Origin: Owenia fusiformis
Taxonomy: Eukaryota
Assembly (NCBI GenBank): GCA_903813345.2
Contig: CAIIXF020000001.1
Span: 23,374,001 to 23,438,000 of the forward strand
Length of the DNA stretch: 64,000 nucleotides
Reading direction: 5' to 3'
Part shown: piece by piece, positions 1 to 12,599 of the stretch
How the letters are laid out: every line of letters begins with the position of its first letter
Numbering within the stretch: the first letter of the stretch is position 1
Notes under the pieces: model-generated
Databases searched by the model: none
What the model was told of the DNA's origin: nothing
What the model saw: only the letters and a program-made list of their open reading frames with translations
Translations under genes and position numbers: made by a program

Positions 1-1342
1 ATACACCTATATGTATCAGCCACCTCATCACAGGTGCTAATCTTAACGATGCTGTGGAAAATGATTTCCTTTCCTTTTTCTGATGCTGTGGAGTTCTCTT
101 CTTTCTCACTGCTACAGACATTTGGTCTAAAATTCGAAATTGGAAATTTTAATTGCTTATTGTCATATATAAATTTAAAATAAATTTCATATGTAAATAT
201 TGAAAATAGCATACAATCAATTAATAAAGTAGGAATGTGAATGTTTGAAATTAAGTTTGATTTAGGAAGGTTTTTGGTCGAGCGGTCTTCAAAGCTTGTC
301 AGTGTTATTTGTTGTAGGGCAAGGGATATTTAATGTAATCGTTGAAATAGAACTTACCCCTCATACCATTGTCCATGGTTGACACGGATACCAACTATCA
401 GCCTATTTAGGAAATCTTCGAGTGACTCTCCCCCACGTCCAATGACATCCAATGGGTGCGATGTTCTCACAGTGATACTAGGTGAGCTATGAAAGACATG
501 GGGAATTACATATTAACAAGGCATTTAAGTGCAAAATGTCACCACCTGCCATTTGTTACAGACGCCGATCGTCGAACACCATCCACAAAAGATTAGAGAC
601 ATAACAATATACCACCACTTCTGGTGGTGACATGACCGCCATTTTGCTGATCTAAAAATCGGAGAGCCAAATTAAAATTTTCGAGGCATATCTGAGCTAA
701 AATGAAAATATTACGTTCATATTTTTCTCGTAATAAAGTGCCAGTATTGCTAGCAAAGAATGAGAATCATGTTATCACTTTAACCTTATAATCGAACCAA
801 AAAAAACTTTAATGTAACGTGGATTATCATAAATAGACTTAATTCAGCACAAGAAACGGTAAACACCACCTTCACGCGTTTACAAGCACAAGTGAGGTGA
901 AGAAGATAGGAGGGGAGGTCCTGTGACTTAATGCAATACAAATTATTGAACTTCTGAGCTAGTATTAACCGGTGAAGATCTACAATATTGTACAATGTTA
1001 TAACTGAACGAAGTCACGTTTGAATAATTTAGAGGAATTTCTATATGTTATATCTTAATATATAGAGAGAAGAGTGAAGATCAACTATATGGAATGTAGG
1101 CAATATTATGTTATTTTAAATAATGTGATAAAGTGGCCTAAAACAATAATAGAAAAAAATAAATCATAAATATATGTCATGTATTAATTGATAACTTACA
1201 AATCGCGCAAAGAGTCATCTATCCATGAATGTTTCCACGGTGATTTGCCTCGTCGCGCATGGTTGCCATGGCGATCTTTCCTCCTCCTCGCATGAATTCC
1301 ACTACACACAAGCACCAATATAAGCAGAACTAACAGCCGCAT
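1..1342 (-). CDS. Secreted protein of unknown family, 5' part only. Coding exons 1342-1200, 402-358, 126-<1; non-coding first exon about 1695-1641. Translation MRLLVLLILVLVCSGIHARRRKDRHGNHARRGKSPWKHSWIDDSLRDL-LIVGIRVNHGQWYEG-PNVCSSEKEENSTASEKGKEIIFHSIVKISTCDEVADTYRC...
   Basis: Minus-strand GTAAGT donors at 1640, 1199 and 357; AG acceptors at 1351-1350, 404-403 and 128-127. Phases chain (2, 2-2, 2) with no stop. The N-terminus is a typical signal peptide followed by a basic RRRK cluster. Confidence 0.8.
514..632 (-). mobile_element. Short HINE/MITE-like element, ATGTCACCA family
   Basis: Terminal hairpin ATGTCACCA..TGGTGG/TGAC, internal GGCGTCTGTAACAAATGGCAGG and 3' GGTGGTGACATTTTG. Related copies at about 2994-3090, 6334-6475 and 42990-43110; the same 3' end occurs at about 61711 and 62332. 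Confidence 0.6.
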
Positions 1343-1689
1343 GATATTTCTAAATAGAAATAAATTTGATCCGTCAAAAGTAATCCATAAAATCTCCCAT
1401 TATCTTTCTGTTACGCCACTAATGGTAACAGAATCAATCAAATTTCCTGTTCTGTGATTTGAAACTGATAATTACGTTGTTTAATATCGCCAAATGTAAT
1501 TATCACTTGTTAGAAATGTTGGTTCATTTACTTTCAAGACACTCTATAGTCCTTGCGTATTAGCACAACATTTAACTTTCTGATACCTTATGGACCTATC
1601 ATAAATATATTTGTGTAATAATTCGATCATTCGAACTTACCAGTGCCTATGGCTCTATCCAATGTTTTGTTGTGTTGTTCACTTTCGTT

Positions 1690-1725
1690 CTTCAGTGAAG
1701 TTGTAGTTCACTTGTCATACTTATA
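1690..1725 (-). promoter_or_regulatory. Putative core promoter (TATA-like box plus initiator-like site) of the left-edge gene
   Basis: TATAAG at 1725-1720 (minus), a TCACT Inr-like motif about 28 nt downstream, then a short non-coding exon ending in a GTAAGT donor at 1640. Confidence 0.5.
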
Positions 1726-2993
1726 GTGCTTTATCTCTGTTTGTGCTGTAATCACATCTCATTGGCCTTTAACATGAGGCAAGGCTGTGTAACTTCACTC
1801 GCGTTTACTGTAAATCTTTATAAAATCCGAATATTTTTCACTATTCCTCATGTAACTCCCGGGGTGTAACTCCTTACGAAAGTGTTGTAACTTAAGGTCA
1901 CGAAGGTATGACTTTTACTTAGTGCACGTGACGATAACAGTCACTGAAACGTTCTTTTTATGTTTGTCGTTTCAACAGGTAAATCCAAGGAGGTATTGTA
2001 TTCAGTTGTACGCTCTCGATTTTAAAGAATGCACAAACATTTGTTTTGATTTACCTGACTCATAGAAGGTTTATGACCAAAATATAAAACTTGTTAGTCA
2101 CAAAAATTAAACTCGGTACTCTTTTCATCTCCGTCTGATACAGAGAAAATATAAAATGCGAATGATAACCACGATAGAGTAAATCCACACACTCGTCAGT
2201 TTAACTGTTACGTGATACTGTATATCAAAAATAACTTTATGAAGATATATGCGTAACTATATCTATATTGGGTACAAATAGATCTTCCAGCTCAACTAAA
2301 CTGTTCAATTCCTACTCAACAGTCTGACAAGAAAATCGAGTTTCCATTGCCATTTGGACATCTAATTCCGACTTATCAATACACATAATTTCATTTTACG
2401 TTAGGATAATATAATAATATTCGCTTCTTCTTTCACAGATCTTACTTGTGTCCAATTGAAAATGAGAATATTTGTGAAACCAATAAACGATCTGTTATAA
2501 GAGTCAACTCCAACTGAGTCTCTAGGAGTAATTGCAGAATCAATACGCATAAAAATTATTTTCAACACGCAAGAGAAAGAAATGACAATCAATCGAGGGT
2601 TTCTTTATGGTCAAATTATACACGCAATGACTTATATAAGAGTCCCTATTGGGATGCAGAAACAGAAATCCTCAATTAGCATGCAAGATTTGTCGTACTT
2701 TAGTTAGAAGTGACACGGAATCGTGCAAAGATATTGTTTGCCGATAGGATAATTATAACTATAGCATCTTAGTAACATAAACATTTCATTTTGCTTATAT
2801 GGCGATATCAGAGACCGAAAATAACTAAATTTTCGAAATAACGCAATGCTGGCAATTGGTTTAACTTAGTACATGTTATCAGACTCGGGTGCATGAACAC
2901 TAAAAATAAATAGTATCTTTTCCATAAAGAAAAGGTATTCTATTTTTCATTTTTTCTGTTTTCATTTGATCGCGTATGATCGTGAATTTTAGT

Positions 2994-3090
2994 TTTTTAT
3001 GTCACCAACACAGTGGTGACATATTGTTTTGGTCTCCAACTTTTTCGTGTTCGGCGTCTGTAACAAATGGCAGGTGGTTACATTTTGCAG
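2994..3090 (+). mobile_element. Short HINE/MITE-like element, ATGTCACCA family
   Basis: TTTTT-ATGTCACCAACACAGTGGTGACAT hairpin, then TCGGCGTCTGTAACAAATGGCAGGTGGTTACATTTTG, matching the reverse-strand copy at 514-632. Confidence 0.6.
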
Positions 3091-3984
3091 TCTATTGTTA
3101 CTTTCTGAGTCATACTGAGCCTTCGTCGTCTTTCTTTGAATTGAAATAATGAATGTATTGACACTTCAAAATGCCCTTATGTCCTAAAATGATCGCCATT
3201 TTATGTCAAAGCTTGGACCAGAGTTGCGCTTCACCTTTTCGAAGAGCTAAAACTAAAGTAGTTAGAAACCACAAAAAGAAAAGGCTTTTGACGGAACACG
3301 GTTGTCTTACTAGGTGTCAATTAATCTACATTACCATGAGCACATAATCTACCAGATTCTACATGATAAACGCATATCTTGCCCCTCCAGCATATTAAGC
3401 AAGTATTTTGAGTAATAAATCATTGCAATGTGATGTTCCGTGCGCTTCAATTAGACTAAAAGCATCAATGCGGAATCCATTAGAATCAGAAGACGTGGGC
3501 TACAAAACAGTCATCGGATCTCAACTTCTTACATAACATTTTTTAATAATAGAATATGCAAAAAATAAATACTTGAGCATATTGTATTCTAACTTATTTT
3601 TCTTAATATGGAAAATTTCGCAATTTAGTGTGGCATATATTGTATATACCACGCGACCATAAATATATGTACATGTTATTGTATAGCAATATACAATATA
3701 ATATAGTTGAATATACCTGGCATATTCAACGTAACAAACGTTCATGATACTACATGTAAAAGCGTATGAAGGTCAGGTGTCAATTCTGCGATCGATAATA
3801 TTAGTCCCTGATCTGGACCCTCTGAAAAAAAGTTTTGTTGTCCGGTACTTTCCCACATAAAATGATTGTACCGTTTGAAAGAACAGACTTCCCTCTTAAA
3901 GAAAACACCTCTTCTATTGATGTAAACAGGGGCAAAAGGCACCAAAACGGGGTTAGACAAGGTGGCATTCTGAAGTATCACTTT

Positions 3985-4848
3985 CTTGTCATCACGATTC
4001 CAGGTAAACCATCAGACGGATTTACTTCAAGTTTTCACACATGTTACATGGTAAGAAGTTCTAGAGCTGATTAACTCTGCGGCGGCCATCTTGCATTCTG
4101 GCGGCCATCTTGGAATTTTTTTCAGATAAATATTGTCATCGCGATTCCACAAAAACCCCAGATGTAATGATGTACTTCAAATGTTCACACATGTTACATG
4201 GTAAAAAGTCCTAGACCTCATTATTTTTTCGGTGGCCATCTTGCATTCTGGCAGCCATCTTGGAAGTTTTAAGATAAATCTTGTCATCACGATTTCAGGA
4301 AATCCAACCGGATTTACTTCAAATTTCCACAAATGTTACATGGTAAGAAAATATAGAGGTGAATAACTTTTCGGCAGCCATCTTGCATTCTGGTGGCCAT
4401 CTTGGAAATTTTGGGATAAATCTTGTCATCGTGATTCCAGGAAAACAACCTAACAGATTAACTTCAAATTTTCACACATGTTACATGGTATGAAGTTCTA
4501 GAGCTGATTAACTTTTCAGTGGCCATCTTGCATTCTGGCGGCCATTTTGGAAGGTTTATAGATAAATCTTGTAATCACGATTCCAGAAAAACCACTTCAC
4601 AGTTTTACTTCGAATTTTCACACATGTTACATGGTATGAAGTTCTAGAGCTGACTAACTTTTCGGTGGCCATGTTGCATTCTGTCGGCCATCTTGGAAGT
4701 TTTTAGATAAATCTTGTCATCACGATTCCATGAAAACCACGTAACAGTTTTACTTCAAATTTTCACACATGTTACATTGTAAGAAGTTATAGAGCTGATT
4801 AACTTTCTGATAGCCATCTTGCATTCTGGCGGAAGTTTGTAGATAAAT
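3985..4848. repeat. Subterminal tandem array of about 6 x 145 bp in the left arm of the Academ-type element
   Basis: ATGTTACATGGTA-type motif recurs at 4041, 4191, 4333, 4478, 4624 and 4769; most units carry two GGCCATCTTG motifs. Confidence 0.9.
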
Positions 4849-4850
4849 AT

Positions 4851-5336
4851 AAAATACAGTCAAAGCATTTACCACCAACAAAGGATGCTCTCATTCTCCA
4901 TATAAATAGAGCCAACTATCAGGCCTATATTTGGCGAAACGCAGGCAAATCAATGATTGATTATCAATCCCCCACATTACATGGTTGGACATTCAAAGGG
5001 AATAAACTACAAATTAAGTGGATGGAAAACGGTCCTGCCCCACAAGAAATAATGGAGCTTGTTGCTTGTAGTTGTAAAGGAGCGTGTGACTCAATGAGAT
5101 ATAGTTGTAAGAAACAGGATCTCATTTGTGGAAGTTCATGTAAGTGCCGCAAAGGTGTGTGTGAGAACTGTCCAACCCATCAGCACGATGATGTTGATGA
5201 GAGCGACAATGAATTTGAACCAGTTGATGACACCATTACACCAAACATTGAAGATCAGGAAGAAAATGAATTACCTGAAAATCTCTTACCTGACAACTGG
5301 ATGAACCAACTTGTCAAAGTTGATGCCATAATATGA
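4851..5336 (+). pseudogene. C-terminal remnant of the Academ-type transposase (post-XPG region plus CXC/Cys8 zinc finger)
   Basis: The frame upstream of the annotated ATG reads KHLPPTKDALILHINRANYQAYIWRN, followed by HGW..L.IKW..GPAP..I.ELVACSCKGAC..SC....LICG..CKC...CEN. It begins abruptly at the end of the TIR array, so the 5' part is deleted. Confidence 0.75.
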
Positions 5337-5359
5337 ATTATCTCACCCTGTATATACAC

Positions 5360-5836
5360 TGGTGATCCGCTCGATTACAGGTACGATTTGTCCTTATTCC
5401 TTATTTCATGCGTTGTAGGCAGAATCCTCTCAACCTTTTTCCCCACAAACGTGAATCAGTATCAAATGTCTTAGAAAATGTACATGTTTGTGAAAAATAG
5501 CTCAGAAGACGACAGAATCGTCGATTTAATTCCTAAATTAAGTTACATAAAGGTTTGGGTTAAAAGTGCAGATCTGAACTGTTTTTTCGAAATACCGTTT
5601 ATGTAACTTAAGTGAGGAATTAAATGTACGATTATGTTGTCTTCTGAACTATTTGTTTGCAAATATGCACATTTTCCTAAACATATGATACTGATACACG
5701 TTTGTGAGAAAAAATGTCGTGGGAATTCTGCCTACAAAGTGTGAAAGGAAAAAGGAAAAATCATACCTTCGATGTTCCCACATTTTGTTACCGAAACAAA
5801 CCGTTTAGGTAACCAGCATAATCGAGTGGATCACTA
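5360..5836. mobile_element. Palindromic MITE nested in the Academ-type element
   Basis: Ends TGGTGATCCGCTCGATTA and TAATCGAGTGGATCACTA; diverged inverted arms about 5378-5572 vs 5596-5768; no clear TSD. Confidence 0.65.
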
Positions 5837-7619
5837 TAATATACCTTAGTAGTCTTTAATAATGTTAGGGAGGATGAGTTGTTAGGCATACTATGTCATG
5901 TTAGATCATGATCTATACTATTTTTATTACAATTTACCAGTTACACTTTCTCCATGCTAGGTTCTGTTATAACTTTTGTTCCGTTTCCTATGGCATCCGT
6001 GCTTTATACATTTACATTCACAATGGTCCCTTCCTGGTATATTTTTTTAGGTTTTATGACTGTTAAATTCTATAGTCTTGTTAAGACCACTTTATAAACA
6101 GGTTTATTATTACTTTTATGACTTAAATTATATAGTCTAGTTAACACCACTTTGTAAACAGGTTTATTATTACTGGTGTAACTAACACAACGAAAAAAAA
6201 TATAATTAATTTATTTGATTTTATATAACATGAAATTATTTTTTCTTTTCGATAAAACATTGTTTATTAGAAATATATTTAGTTGAAAACTATCACAAAG
6301 TTTATTTTGGTTCAGTAGATTTTTCTATACATTATTTTTATGTCACCACCACTAGTGATTGGCTGACATATTGTAATAGCTTCGAACGTTTATCTTGACA
6401 CTGTTCAGTAGTTAATGTGTACTGTATACTTAACAAGGTGTGGTGACATTTTGCATGTTTCTGCATCGTCACTACTATTGAAAGCTTATGTTGATATTGT
6501 AGCAGTGTTTTTTAAGTTCTTTTTGTTGGTACAATTAGTTTCCAAACCCTATACTTATATCGATCTGACACACAGTTTTAGTGCAGGTTTAAGTGATTTT
6601 TGTTGATTATTAAACGCAAAGAGCACATGTGTCTCGAACTCGCAACATTGTGGATACAGAGCCCATTCACATAGTTTGACATGCTGGTGCTCTGAACCAG
6701 CTTGTTAGTTAATATCTGACCAAGAGATAGCTTGCTTTCCCGATGAAGAAACGTTATCTGCAGCTTTTATGAGTACTATAGTATCTACAACTATTTTTGA
6801 TCTTATGAGTATTGGATATCATTATTTTTCTTCAACATGTATTTTAATGACTTCAGTATGAATGGAATGTCCCTCGGAGTTGTGGTCGTTGATGAGGAAT
6901 TGGTCATTGAACGGTGTGGATGCTGTTTATTCCCATATATTTATATTTTGTTTGCCAGTTTTACACTTTACAGTTTGCTTTTCCCACTAGGTTGCTTTAC
7001 ACTTTTTTCCTTTCTCATTTGTCATTTTTGTTTATATTTAGTAAGGATATGATACGCAGGTCTCTCCTTCTGTGTGATCACCTGTCTAGAAGATAATTCA
7101 ACTGCATGAAGAACATTTCGTTGACATGATGCACAGTGAAAGGTTTTCCACACATTTACATTTTCGTTTAAAAGAGCTTTAATTCCGTTATATACTCAGA
7201 TCAAGGCCAATTTAGCATACATTTCGCTCTCAAAAATCACTGTGCAATAATGGATTTCAAAGAAATGTTTAACGTTTTCAATAATCTTTTTTCTTTTTGA
7301 TGAAATGTAGTTATTTATTCTAAAAATCAATCGATGTCATACACAAAATGCATTTAAGTGGTGTAAAGTACAGAAACAGAGTAAAAATATGTATTTTAGA
7401 ATATCACCATGTGTTACCCCACTGCAGCGCCTCTTGCCCATGTTTATATCAATATAAAACATGATATCATACACCAAATATGCATTTATGTCAAATTATG
7501 TGGTTTAAAATACAGAAAAATAGATAACATTCTCCTTAGAATACCACCTTGTGTAACCCCACTTTACTGCCTTTTGCCCCTGTTTATATCAATATAAAAG
7601 GTAGCATGTAACCTTCCTT

Positions 7620-8120
7620 GTAACATGTGTAAAAGTTTCAAGAAAATCAGTAAAGTGGTTTTCCTGGAATCACAATGACAAGATTTATCCAAAAAACTTC
7701 CAAGATGGCCGCCAGAATGCAAGATGGCCACCGAAAGGTTAATTAGCTCTAGAACTTCTTACTATGTAATATGTGTGAAAATTTGAAGTAAATCCGTTTG
7801 GTTTTCCTGAAATCGTGATGAAAAGATTTATCTTTAAACTTCCAAGATGGCTGCCAGAATGCAAGATGGCCACCGAAAAAATAATGAGGTCTAGGACTTT
7901 TTACCATGTTACATGTGTGAACATTTGAAGTACATCTGTTATGTGGTTTTTGTGGAATCGCGATGACAATATTTATCTGAAAAAAATTCCAAGATGGCTG
8001 CCAGAATGCAAGATGGCCGCCGCAAAGTTAATCAGCTCTAGAATTTCTTACCATGTAACATATGTGAAAATTTGAAGTAAATCCGTCTAATGGTTTACCT
8101 GGAATCGTGATGACAAGAAA
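7620..8120. repeat. Inverted copy (about 3.5 units) of the 145-bp subterminal array in the right arm
   Basis: CCAAGATGGC..CCAGAATGCAAGATGGCC units at about 7700, 7841 and 7989 are reverse complements of the left-arm units. Confidence 0.9.
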
Positions 8121-9071
8121 GTGAGACTTCAGAATGCCACCTTGTCTAACCCCGTTTTGGTGCCTTTTGCCCCTGTTTACATCAATAGAAGAGGTGTTTT
8201 CTTTAAGAGGGAAGTCTGTTCTTTCAAACGGTACAATCATTTTATGTGGGAAAGTACCGGACAACAAAACCCCTTTTCTAGAGCCCTTTTGGAAATCAGA
8301 TCGGGGACTATATCCCTCTTAATAAACGACCACCCAGCTGGAAAGGCAGCCAACCTGAAATATGATTTTTCCTCTTAATAAAGGCTGATGGGCGTTCATT
8401 TTCAAATAAACGTCCATACAGAATAAAGACTTAGTGGGCATATTAGGGAGAAACTCCGGTATCGTATATGACAGAAAAGTCAATTGTGGTTAAAGAGGAG
8501 GTTCTCGAGTAAAATGTAAAAAATATAATATGTACTTCAATATGATGAAAGAATATATTATACATTAATATGTTATTGTTCTTTAGTATAGTCCATTGAC
8601 AAGAGCAATTTCGACATGTAACTACTGTTATAGGACCCCGGGTATAGGACTAAGTATTGTAGTTCCGTTGATATTGAATATACCCATCGAAAGTTATGGT
8701 AGCCCAACTCCAAGCCATAATTACACAAATAAGCTGTTTGTAATTGGAAGAGCTCTTGTTGCTTTTCCTAGAATGTCTATAAAAAGGGTTAAATTAAATC
8801 TAATTTAGAAGGAATCAGGAATCATAGATCTCGTCTTAAATTAGTTGTGCTATTAAAGGTCACTATAAACTTAAACTAAGGTGCGCTACCATCTGAGAAA
8901 GAAACTTGGACATTTTCGATACCGTTTGAATTAATCTAATCTAATCATAAAGTATTAAAATCCAAGGAGTTGATCTTCTCTTAAAGGATCACATTCTTGC
9001 GGTTGAACTACTTTTTTTTTATTTGTAATATATATTCATTATCATTATTTTTCACTTACAATTTACAATAC

Positions 9072-9220
9072 CCGCTATGGCTCAGTGGCAGAGAGAGTCA
9101 AGGTTACCAATATCGCTTGGCCCCGGGTTCGATTCCCGGTTCAGACAGGTTTGTTTGTGCGTTATGTAATTCTGGGTGTTTGACTGTAGTGTGCGCCAAA
9201 ACTCCAGAAAATCCCATTAA
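9072..9220 (+). mobile_element. tRNA-derived SINE head
   Basis: Pol III A-box TGGCTCAGTGG (9078-9088) and B-box GGTTCGATTCC (9126-9136) in a CCGGG/CCCGG T-stem; no convincing acceptor or anticodon stems. Confidence 0.55.
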
Positions 9221-10415
9221 CTGATGTTGAGGTAGGTTACTATGATTTGACCCATAGTCATTATAGATTGGTTCATTGACTATTCACTTTTACTTGTCTG
9301 CACTTAAAAAAGTGACACGAAAGGGCTAAACGGCTTACACCAAGGTGCGACCGTCAAAAAGATGAGTTTGACAAAAATCTTTTTTTTCAAATAATAGCAG
9401 CGAGTATATGAAATAGGAGGCACATTTGATATTGATATGTATGATAGTCCATTTGGGGGTGGTCATTTTTATTGAAAACAATAATATTGAAGAATTATAC
9501 ATTTCTGACCTTAAAATGCCATTTTAATGCGAAAGTCAGGGTTGCTATTAATTATATTCCTATTTTACCTATTCAATGTTTTCTACATATTACACTTACC
9601 ATTATATTCATTTTTGGCAAAGTAAATAATAATGGGGCTCACACAAGGATCCACTTTATTTACAACTTTTTCATATTTAGTGATGTTTTGAAAAATCACT
9701 ACGTTTAACAGAAAATTATTTGTTATAAAATGTTAAACAAAATAATGATTATGTGTTTGTTTCATTGTATCAACTGAAAAATCACAATTCATTGCTCTTG
9801 ATCTTAGAGCGGCAGAGCATATACCAGTATGACCAATCTTCAATACAGTTGATCCTTGTGTGATCCCTACTATTATTTACTTTGCCAAAAACTAATATAA
9901 TGGTTATTCAGATATGTGAAAATCATTTGAAAGTCAAAATGAGAATAATATAATTAACTTTTGAATAAAAAAGCATTATAAAGTCAGAAGTACCAAATTT
10001 GTACCATAATTGTTTTTAAGAGAATAACCATACCCTAATGGACTATATCTACATATCAATAACTAAATTTTGCGAAATTTGCTTTAAATTTGCGTTTTTG
10101 AAAACGCACCTGCTGATACTTATTCAATTTAGAACCACAACATAAAGTAACTCTTTCATGAAAAACTTCGTCAGCTTGACAGAAGATTACTGAGTGCAGT
10201 CATTAATATGACCTCATATTTGGATAACCTCTCTTCTGTTATAATTTTACTTGAAATTGGCAAATTTTATTAAAACAAAAATGATCGACTATTACTTTCG
10301 AAATGTCAATTGAAAAGATATATTGCTCTAACCGAATTGTAGTAAAAAATTGATTTGACATATTTATCTAAACAAAACAATATCGGTCCACGTTTTCTTT
10401 TTAATGGAATTGTAG

Positions 10416-10530
10416 CGTGGCTGCTAGTTCAGGCGGTAGAGCATCAGAATCTAGACTAGAAGGTACTAGGTTTGGTTCCCACACAGAGCATTACCACGCA
10501 ACTCCTCGAAGGAACCCTCGGGTCCTTACA
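10416..10530 (+). mobile_element. Degenerate tRNA-derived SINE fragment
   Basis: GGCTGCTAGTTCAGGCGGTAGAGCATCAG (A-box-like) and a decayed B-box GGTTTGGTTCC. Confidence 0.4.
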
Positions 10531-10604
10531 GAGTGCCATATTTGCTTATTAAAGTAAATAGACGATTTTGCCACCCTCCCGCCATATTCTTGTGTATCTT
10601 TTTA

Positions 10605-11770
10605 ATAATACTAGCAAGCTACTGTTCGAGTCGGTCACAGCAGCCCCACATGGCCTTAAAAATAATTCCAAATACCTGGCTATTGACTTTTAACCTTTTC
10701 TGATGCATGAGATGAACTAGCCCAAAGGCCTTAAAAGGCTTAATACCTAGATATTGACTTTTGACCTTGAATTAACATGACCCATCAATAATGACTTTGA
10801 CACCAAGTCGCCTAGTAATGGGTCACCAAGCGTCACAGCATCCCCCGAGTGAAACACCAATACCTAGATATTGACCTTGACCTTGAGATGATCTCAAATT
10901 GAACCATTAAATCATGACTGACCTCATATCACCTTATCACGAGTCGCCAAGGGCCACATCACGACAGCAGCCCCTGTGGCCTTAAAACGCCAAACACTAA
11001 GATATTGAAATTTGACCTTAGATTGACCTTGACCTCAGGTCACGTTTCAATGGAGTCAAGTGCAGCAGCCGCCCCAAAACTCCAAATATTTAGATATTGA
11101 TCTCTGACCTTGACCTATAACAATGACACTGATCTCAGGTCACTTTATCATTGGTGATCAAATGTCACAGTGTAGCCTTAAACGAGCCAACTACCTAGAT
11201 TTTGACCTTTGACCTCATTATAATTTTGAACCATAGATATTGACTTTGACCTAATGTCACCTTAACATGAGTTGCCAAGGGTTATATTAGCCCCCAGGGC
11301 CTCAAAATACCAGAGATTTTGACCTTGTAGGAATGACCTTGACCTCAGAACACATTAATGGGTCCTCACATGAAGCAGCATCCCCGAAATGCCAAATATT
11401 CAGATATTGACCTCTGACCTTGAGATGACCTTGACCCATACACAGTGACATTAACCGTAGGTCACTTTATCTTTGGTGATCAAATGTTACTGAAGACCCA
11501 CAGACGCTAACTACCTATGACCTAGATATTGACCTTTGACCTTGAAATTACCTTGAAATCACCTTATCATTGGTCGCCAAAGGTCACAATTGTTCTCACG
11601 TCAACTTGTTAGATATTGACATTTGACCTTGAAATTTCCTTGATCCATTCAGACCTTGACTTCAGGTCACCTAATCATTGGTTGTGGAGGGTCAAATCAA
11701 CGGCCATGTGTCTTAAAAAGCCAACTACCAAAATATTGACATTTTACCTTGAAATAACCTTGACTTTTGT
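10605..11770 (-). repeat. Degenerate tandem array rich in GATATTGACCTTTGACCTTGA, probably the core of a HINE/Helentron-type element
   Basis: About 10 irregular units with ACCTAGATATTGACC, GGTCAC and CAGCCCC motifs. The minus strand ends in ...GCTTGCTAGTATTATT at about 10605. Confidence 0.65.
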
Positions 11771-11779
11771 AGAATACAC

Positions 11780-12155
11780 TTTTTATGAACAAAAATGAAA
11801 CATTCAAAGTTGAAAACTGACCGTTTGAAAATAAAATTGCTGCTAATGTTTCAAAACGAAGGTATCTGTATTGTAAAAATAGGTACGAAAAATTTCGAAC
11901 GGAATGCGTGACATATACGTAATTCGCGGAAAAAGTCCGAACGAAATGCGTACATTTTTTTCCGGCGTTCGTATTTTTGCTGTGTAGACGATCTTTTTTA
12001 GAAATTTTTCTACAGAAATATTTTGGCGTGACAATTACCAGGTAAAATGCGTATTTGCGTGACATTTTCTGTCACGCAAAAATAACTGGCGTGACTTCGA
12101 ATTCTTCAGCAAATGCGTGACAAATACGCAAATTGCGGGACAGTTGACAGGCCTG
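11780..12155. mobile_element. One-ended DNA transposon fragment (hAT-like terminus)
   Basis: Repeated GCGTGACA and AAATGCGTA subterminal motifs ending in CAGTTGACAGGCCTG at 12155; no partner end found. Confidence 0.4.
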
Positions 12156-12599
12156 AAAAACGTAAATGTTGCAATGAAAGCCCACACATATATTGTTGCA
12201 TATCAGTCTAGTGCAGCTGCTACAGGTATCACTCTGACAAACATCGGTGAACAAATCAAACTTGATGTGATGCAAATCGGTATCTTTTAATTTGGCGTCC
12301 AAGCAGAATGTTGGACAAAATGGCTGTTAGATAAACCATCAATAATTGAATTGTCAAAAGTTGTATTTATAAAATCAATTCCTGCCTCATCACTGTTACA
12401 CCCATTACTACAAGATGTTGTCTCGACTAGATCACTGTCTGCAAGCTAAAAAAAGTATCAAAATCACTTCCTGCTTTATCACAATGAACTTTTGTTACAA
12501 ATAATTTCAGTAAAATGCAAATAGAAGGCCAATTTGATATTAATATGGAAAGATAGTCCACTTTGGTGTGGTTATTTTACTGCAACAACTAAAAATATA

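Larger units (their letters stand above)
3802..8310. mobile_element. Internally deleted Academ-type (AcademX-like) DNA transposon with long TIRs
   Basis: Termini TAGTCCCTGATCTG (3802) and CAGATCGGGGACTA (8310); 3-bp TSD TAT at 3799-3801 and 8311-8313. 3826-about 4450 is mirrored by about 7620-8270. TAG..CTA ends, a 3-bp TSD and a Cys8-type C-terminus match the described Academ superfamily. Confidence 0.8.

Noticed and set aside
6600-7150. Possible decayed N-terminal transposase sequence on the minus strand inside the Academ-type element
   Set aside because: Too many stops and no motif I could identify with confidence; needs a translated search.
3742-8378. Mirror-image 79-85 aa ORF pairs at 3742-4074 and 8028-8378
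   Set aside because: They arise from the transposon's inverted repeats and show no protein motifs.
9072-9150. Functional tRNA gene
   Set aside because: A and B boxes are present but I could not fold acceptor and anticodon stems; treated as SINE-derived. The same applies to weaker B-box hits near 6635 and 46240 (minus).
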